Shown here piece by piece: positions 22,330-27,311 of a stretch of DNA of 27,311 nt. The translations under genes were made by a program, and so were the position numbers. Each line of letters opens with the position of its first letter. The stretch's first letter is position 1. The DNA comes from Vitrella brassicaformis CCMP3155 (Eukaryota; Protista; Chromerida), in contig CDMY01000723.1 in assembly GCA_001179505.1 (NCBI GenBank), positions 1-27,311 on the forward strand, read 5' to 3'. Below the pieces are notes generated by a model. The model saw only the letters and a list, made by a program, of their open reading frames with translations, was not told the DNA's origin and searched no databases.

Positions 22330-23122
22330 AAATGGATGGCCGGACGGCTGACGAGCGCAGAGCAGTCCTGCTGGCGGCCACCGTGATGACGCCATACGTA
22401 CACCCACGAGCTGCACAGCCACGTCCCATACACAGACAGCAAATTGATTAAAGCCGGCAGAGGGTCTCCATTGATTAAAGCCGGCAGAGGGTCTCCCGCT
22501 GCGAACAAAGCACCAAACCGACGAGCATTGCAAAGCGTGTATCGCGGCTCGCCTGCCCACCGATGCCGCTCATGGCGACGATGCCGGCCCATAGATTGGC
22601 GTCATCAATCAGACAGTCACTCTCGCTCAAGGCCTCCTTCCATCAAAGAGCCAAGACTGCACGCACCAACACAGCAAACAAAACAAACATCGCCCCTCTG
22701 CTTGCAGCAGCATCTCCCATTGGCTGACTCTCTTACACAGCAGTGCCCAGAAGAAGCGCACCTTGGCCAGGACATCAGGGAGATAAACACATCAGCCGAC
22801 GCTGCTTGCCCCACACTCAAGGTCCGCCACAAGAAGAATCGCCAGGTAACTGCCAGGACGCTGTGTAATGGCCCTCCTTGACAGCATCATGGACACATGA
22901 AGGCGGACTGGGGCTGGAAGCTTGGTCGCCGGCAGCAACACAGACACACTTGACATGCCGGCTGATGCTGGGAGGGACACACGCAGCCGTCGATGGCGCT
23001 GCCTTCGTCCGTTGCTACTGCGTGTGTGGCCAGGTCGAGCACATGAAGGACAGATCTCCATGGAATGGCTCTTGTTGATGCTATTGGGCGAATGGCATCG
23101 ATGTCATCGAGGGCCGGGGAGG
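22330..23122 (-). pseudogene. Probable decayed gene relic (unknown family)
   Basis: Exon-like, protein-like segments on the minus strand: SPALDDIDAIRPIASTRAIPWRSVLHVLDLATHAVATDEGSAIDGC; ...YLAILLVADLECGASSVG*CVYLPDVLAKVRFFWALLCKRVSQWEMLLQAEG; LAL*WKEALSESDCLIDDANLWAGIVAMSG. In-frame TGA at 22794-22792 and 22645-22643. No homologue recognised and the boundaries are approximate. Confidence 0.35.
22443..22496. repeat. Exact 27-bp tandem duplication (attgattaaagccggcagagggtctcc x2)
   Basis: Units 22443-22469 and 22470-22496 are identical and directly abut. Confidence 0.95.
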
Positions 23123-23192
23123 CTGACCGGGGCTGCCGAGAGGGCGAGAGGATGACATGCTAGATCTCGCCGAGAGATGAACGATAACCTCT

Positions 23193-23222
23193 CAGCCGAT
23201 AATGGCGCAGCCGATAATGGCG
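23193..23222. repeat. Exact 15-bp tandem duplication (cagccgataatggcg x2)
   Basis: Units 23193-23207 and 23208-23222 are identical. Confidence 0.9.
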
Positions 23223-23620
23223 CTTCTCACAGGCACCCTCCCATCGCCAAAGACGCCAAAAGAGCCCGCTTCCCCGTTGCCTTTTTAAGCTCGCAGATCT
23301 CCCTCCTCAAAAATCAACAGGGGAACGCAGCCACCCCTTGTGGATCATCGAGGGCCGGCTGAGGTTGCTTGCCTGTGCCTTCTCCGCCTCAAATCGATGA
23401 GTTGACTGAGCGGCATCGTCGCGTCTATCCTTTCTGAGGCAGGCCAGGCAGGGAGAGGGCCAATTCGCCATCAGTGCCGCCCTCATGTGCTGTGTGTGTT
23501 TGTGCGTCAGGGAGGGACCCTGAGCATCGATTAGGTAGCCGCCGCCTCAGAGAAGGCCCTGGAGTTGTCATCGCTGCCTGGCTGATCAGATCTACAGCCC
23601 CAAGTAGTCTACAGCTAGCC

Positions 23621-25796
23621 ATGAAGGAGGACGATCATAGACAGGTGAGGCGCATCACAGCACCGCTTGGCAATCGATGGCGCCTGTCATCTGAGGGGAT
23701 GTCTGTGTGTGTTGGATGTATGGGTGCAGCTTAAGGGGTCTCGCCGGACCGACGTACCGGCAGCGTCTTCATCGGCTGCGTCAGCATCTGGCGGTGGTGG
23801 TGGTGAGAGCGACGAGGAGCGGCAGCGTCGGGCTGAGAGGGAAAGAGCCTTGTGCGACAAGATCAGCGCCACGGTGAGCCAGCCACACGCACTAAAGGCG
23901 ATTCCGGCTGTATCTGTCAATGGCTGCGTGTGTTTCAGGAGGGCCTTCCCAGCTACATGATGGCCTTCCTGCCCATCAACCTGATGGTGCAGCAGGCCAA
24001 GTCCATCTGGCAGCACGCCGCACCCGAGCTCTCGGACGTCACCATCAGCTCGGCAACCAAGGAGGAGCGGTCCTTTTGGCAGCACGTCCATCTCGCCTTT
24101 GTCGCCCAGCTGGCCGCCCGACTCACCCGCCTCACAATCATCACACTCCGATACCCCGTCGGCTTCCCCAGCTGGTGTTTGGACGTGTTTGTGGCCATGG
24201 TAGAGGGCCACATCGCTGGCCGACGGGCAGCCGACCTGGGCGGCGGGACCCTGCACATCCTCACCATCCAAGAAGGGGTTCAGCTGAGCGGCGCGGCGAG
24301 GCAGACCGTCTCGAGGACCGACTCGCCCCTCCCAGCTCGTCTCCACCCGCCCCCCACCCTCCACGCGCTCACCACCATTGAGGGCCTGACCCACCACCAT
24401 CAGGGGCTGGCCCCAACCGACGCTGGGAGATGCCCTCGCTTGGCATCGTGCAGCAAAAGGATTGGGAAGCCGGCACATTGGGCCAGTTCATCAGCTCGTC
24501 CCGCTCACTGCGGCGTGTGGACGGCAGCTTTGGGGGTGGGGTGTGGGCGCGTGTGTTTGACCGGATCCCTGTGGCACCGACGGGGCAGCAGGGGGGGCCA
24601 CTCGCGCAGCTGGAGAGCATCGGCACCATCGTGGCCGATGACAATGAGGCGGCGGCCATAGATCGGCTTCGGGTGATCACAAAAGACGCACATGTACAGC
24701 GGCGCGTGTGGGTTGGCTCATGATGTCCTTCCTGTATGTGTCTGTAGTTGCCTTCAGGAAGTGCTCCTTGCGCGGGGCTGCCGACGGTCACTCGAGCAGC
24801 TGCACGTGCGCTTTTATGGCGCCCACGTCGGCCGCCGCACCCTGCCCGTGCTGCTGGCCCTGGACCGACTGGTCGGCACGTGCTGTCGACCAGACGCCCC
24901 ACTGACATTCACCACTACCGGCCGTACCGGGTCCGACCTCTCCATCTTCTACCACCCCCACTTCCCCACCCGCCCCTCACCCTCATTCAAGACCATGCTC
25001 CAACAGCTGGCCCAGCAGGCCACATCAGTGTACTACATCTTCACTCAGGACGGCCTCGCCAACCCGCACGCCAACCCCGGCAAATCGGCCATCGACATCG
25101 CGTCCAGCCTCTCATTCGACGAGGCTGAGACGGTGGAGGTCCTGAATGCCGGCGGCTTCCATCCCCCGGCCAACACCCCCTCCCTCCACCCCACCATCAT
25201 CACCCACCTACAGCCCTTCTCAACCCAGGCCACACGGCTGTGCGTCGCGAGCGGATTGGGTGGTGCTGTTGGCGAGCTGCTGGCCGCCAAGATGCCCAAG
25301 GAGGTGCGGGTGGTGGACGTCGAAAGGGGGTTGGGTGGTGAGGAGAGGGTGGGCGTTTTGGCGGCGCTGGAGAGGGAGAGAGAGGTGGATACGGTGGTGA
25401 TGGGGGCGGCCGGGGTCGACCAGCTGGTGGAGGCGGCCGGCAGATTGCCGACGATCAAGTCACTAGACTCCAAGCTGCCAGGTATGCCGAGAGAAGAGGG
25501 CAGTGTGTCCTTCCCTCCGTCCTCATTTTTGCCTTGTGTGTGTTCCCTTCCCTTCAGTGGCCGACGATGTGGAGGATGCGAGCAGCCTCGTCCGCGGCCG
25601 CCTCTCGTCGGTGATCCCGCACATCAGGGGCCTGCAGGGCGTGCGTCTGACGGTCGAAAGGGCGATAGCTGGGCAGCATGATTCCATCCTCGCCTCCCTC
25701 CCTCTTGGCGCCAACATCGATGCCTTCAGCGTCCGAGGCATCGGTGGGTCGGTCGACGCCACATGGACGACAGTTACTGCAGTTCGCAATCCCTGA
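23621..25796 (+). pseudogene. Member of a large lineage-expanded hypothetical protein family, with a frameshift at ~24411-24414 (pseudogene or assembly error)
   Basis: Exons MKEDDHRQ / LKGSRR...CDKISAT / EGLPSYMMAFLP...HHHQGLA[+2 nt]NRRWEMPSLG...AIDRLR / EVLLARGCRRSLEQLHV...KLP / VADDVEDAS...VRNP*. Both sides of the shift read as protein, and the RRWxMPSL, QFISSSRSL and LLARGCRRSL patterns resemble Vitrella-expanded hypothetical families as I recall them. Confidence 0.72.
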
Positions 25797-26512
25797 AGGT
25801 GAGAGGACGGCACTCAATTCTCCAGACGGGCTAATTGTCTGACCTCTGTGGTGGTGGTGGTGGTGTCTGTCAGGCCGGCTATTGTGTGTGGCGGATCATT
25901 GGTAGCGGACGGGCTAGCAGTGCGACTATTCTTAGCCGATGCATTCAGTCGCTGCCTAGCGTAGCTGCGGGCTGTCTGTGTCTGTGTGTGTGATGACTGA
26001 CTGGGTAGTGTACAGATTGACAGACGGACGGGGGCTGCATGATGCTGGCGCGGGAGTGAGCACATCACACACACACACACACTCACACACACGCGCGCGC
26101 ACACACACACTACTGTCGTGTGTTGTGGTGCTGGATGACGCACAGACGGTGCTGCATCGACTGACTGTCTCACTCACCCACTTGTCTGTTTGTCTGTCTG
26201 TCTGTTTGCCTGCCTCCTGGCCTGCCTGTTTGTATCGATCGCTTCTTGCTGCTGTCTGGCCCCTTCCTCTCCTGCCTCCCTCAGTTCCCCTCACCCATTG
26301 GTCGGGATGAGAGGACGGACAGCACAGAGGCGAGATGGGCGAGCCCAAGATGGTATGTGTGTGGATGCATTCGAATTGATACGACTGCGTGCCGTGGTGT
26401 CAATGTCTGTGTGTGTGTCGATCAAGAAGGAAGCTCAAGTCGGCCATTCGCACACCACCAAAAGACATTATTGAGTCCACTGCACCGCGAACAGCGCTAC
26501 TCATTCTCTCGC

Positions 26513-26692
26513 TCACGCCTTTCCTCCCTCACACGCCTTGGTCACCTCCGCTTTGCTGGCCTCGGCGTAGAAGGCCCGCAGCTGGTGCTGCCTTTCCTTT
26601 ATCTGCCGCTTGAAGTCGTGGGCGGCCGGGGGGTGGTGAGAGGACCAACTCAAACAATCGTTCGTCAACCTGGCAGACCGCTGCCTACCCAT
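26513..26692 (-). CDS. Candidate small ORF (59 aa) or exon of an unresolved gene, divergent from the second H2A
   Basis: MGRQRSARLTNDCLSWSSHHPPAAHDFKRQIKERQHQLRAFYAEASKAEVTKACEGGKA*. The HDFK...AEVTK stretch has strongly G/C-ending codons like the real genes here. A possible further exon (DSIMSFGGVRMADLSFLLD) lies near 26480-26420. Confidence 0.3.
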   Translation of the reverse strand: MGRQRSARLTNDCLSWSSHHPPAAHDFKRQIKERQHQLRAFYAEASKAEVTKACEGGKA

Positions 26693-26823
26693 CGGACATC
26701 CAGGGTCCTCTGCGGATGCGCATCTTCGCTAGCGGGACCATAACCGGCGCATTGGTCTGTGATCGTGCTTCTGGCCGTGACGCACGCCGCCTCATTGTCC
26801 CGGCCGAGAGGGAGGAAAGGGAA

Positions 26824-27068
26824 AAGGCGAAGTGGTAACGGACAGCGGGCAGCGCCGCCGAGAAGGAGAAGCGCTTTGGGCTTGTCCGACCCTTGCCGCG
26901 AATTTTTAGCGCGTTTACGTCACCTGCTATGATTTCGCGCATCTAAGCGCCGAGCACTTCCTAAGGCCATCTGCAGCTGATCACAGCCACCCGACCGGCG
27001 CATCTCTGTCCACCTCTCCTCTCTGCGCGTGGGCGCTTGACGAAGGCATCTGTGTTGTGTGTGTGGTG
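26824..27068. promoter_or_regulatory. Duplicated H2A upstream region, paralogous to 20263-20540
   Basis: An identical 34-bp block, aaggcgaagtggtaacggacagcgggcagcgccg, lies at 20263-20296 and 26824-26857. A second highly similar block (cctaaggccatctgcagctga...gaaggcatctgt...gtgtgtggtgATG) runs up to both ATGs. Confidence 0.8.
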
Positions 27069-27311
27069 ATGTCGGGCAAAGGCAAGGGCGGCCGCGGCAA
27101 GACCGCCGAGAAGACCAAGAAGGTCAGCCGGGGGCTCGTGGATGGACGGATGGATGGATTTTTTCGATGGATGGGCATCATTTGTGTGATGTGTGGTGTG
27201 GTGTGGTGTGTCTGTGTGTTCCTCCCCTCCCCTCCCTCAGGTGCGTCAGGAGGTGCGTGCGGGTCTGCAGTTCCCCGTCGGCCGCATCGCCAAGTACCTC
27301 AAGAAGGGCCG
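27069..27311 (+). CDS. H2A: Histone H2A paralogue 2, partial (truncated by window end); exons 27069-27122 and 27241->27311
   Basis: [18 protein letters not shown] / [23 protein letters not shown]... Exon 1 is nucleotide-identical to copy 1 and the intron is in the same position. Confidence 0.95.
   Translation, partial: MSGKGKGGRGKTAEKTKKVSRGLVDGRMDGFFRWMGIICVMCGVVWCVCVFLPSPPSGASGGACGSAVPRRPHRQVPQEGP

Noticed and set aside
22443-22496. 27-bp direct repeat as a possible CRISPR repeat
   Set aside because: There are only two abutting copies with no spacer, no cas genes, and the context is eukaryotic.
22643-22794. Selenocysteine or stop-codon reassignment for the two in-frame TGAs
   Set aside because: TGA is a normal stop in neighbouring genes (H2A, FtsJ-like), there is no redox-motif context or recognisable SECIS, and decay is simpler.
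25794-25875. Strong donor 2 nt after the stop of the expanded-family gene, suggesting more coding exons
   Set aside because: No coding-like continuation was found. It is compatible with a 3' UTR intron or chance.
26670-26688. A 19-nt GT-AG micro-intron that would join MRIRRGPWMSDG to LTNDCLSW...
   Set aside because: It is far shorter than any other supported intron here (44 nt or more), and an in-frame ATG at 26692 explains the downstream frame without it.
1-27311. Transposon, rRNA, tRNA or snRNA genes
   Set aside because: I saw no reverse transcriptase or transposase motifs, LTR/TIR pairs with target-site duplication, or recognisable structural-RNA signatures. A covariance-model scan (Infernal/Rfam, tRNAscan-SE) would be needed to exclude intronic snoRNAs.

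Overview
Eukaryotic, intron-dense genomic DNA. The GC-rich coding sequence, tiny exons, introns packed with (AC)/(GT), (AGAC)/(GTCT) and (GGAT)/(ATCC) microsatellites, and apicomplexan-type histone H2A point to a chromerid alveolate, most likely Vitrella brassicaformis (inferred, not verified). All gene models were spliced by hand, because most long ORFs in the supplied track are microsatellite artefacts. Left to right: (1) a ~55-exon CDK-like kinase with a long RS-rich/CCCH zinc-finger/Pro-Gln tail (+, 120-9540); (2) a secreted Cys-rich protein (-); (3) an FtsJ/RrmJ-fold methyltransferase homologue that keeps its SAM-binding loop but appears to have lost the K-D-K-E catalytic tetrad (+); (4) a TMEM121/CECR6-like membrane protein, probably spliced in frame to a second unknown multi-pass membrane region (-); (5) a divergent H2A sharing a bidirectional promoter with it (+); (6) a decayed minus-strand gene relic; (7) a frameshifted member of a lineage-expanded hypothetical family (+); (8) a second, diverged H2A copy with a duplicated upstream region, cut off by the window end. 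No prokaryotic features, CRISPR array, rRNA/tRNA or recognisable transposon were seen. The most interesting signals are the polarised complementary repeats in introns, the candidate pseudo-methyltransferase, the kinase architecture, the TMEM121 fusion and the diverging H2A pair.
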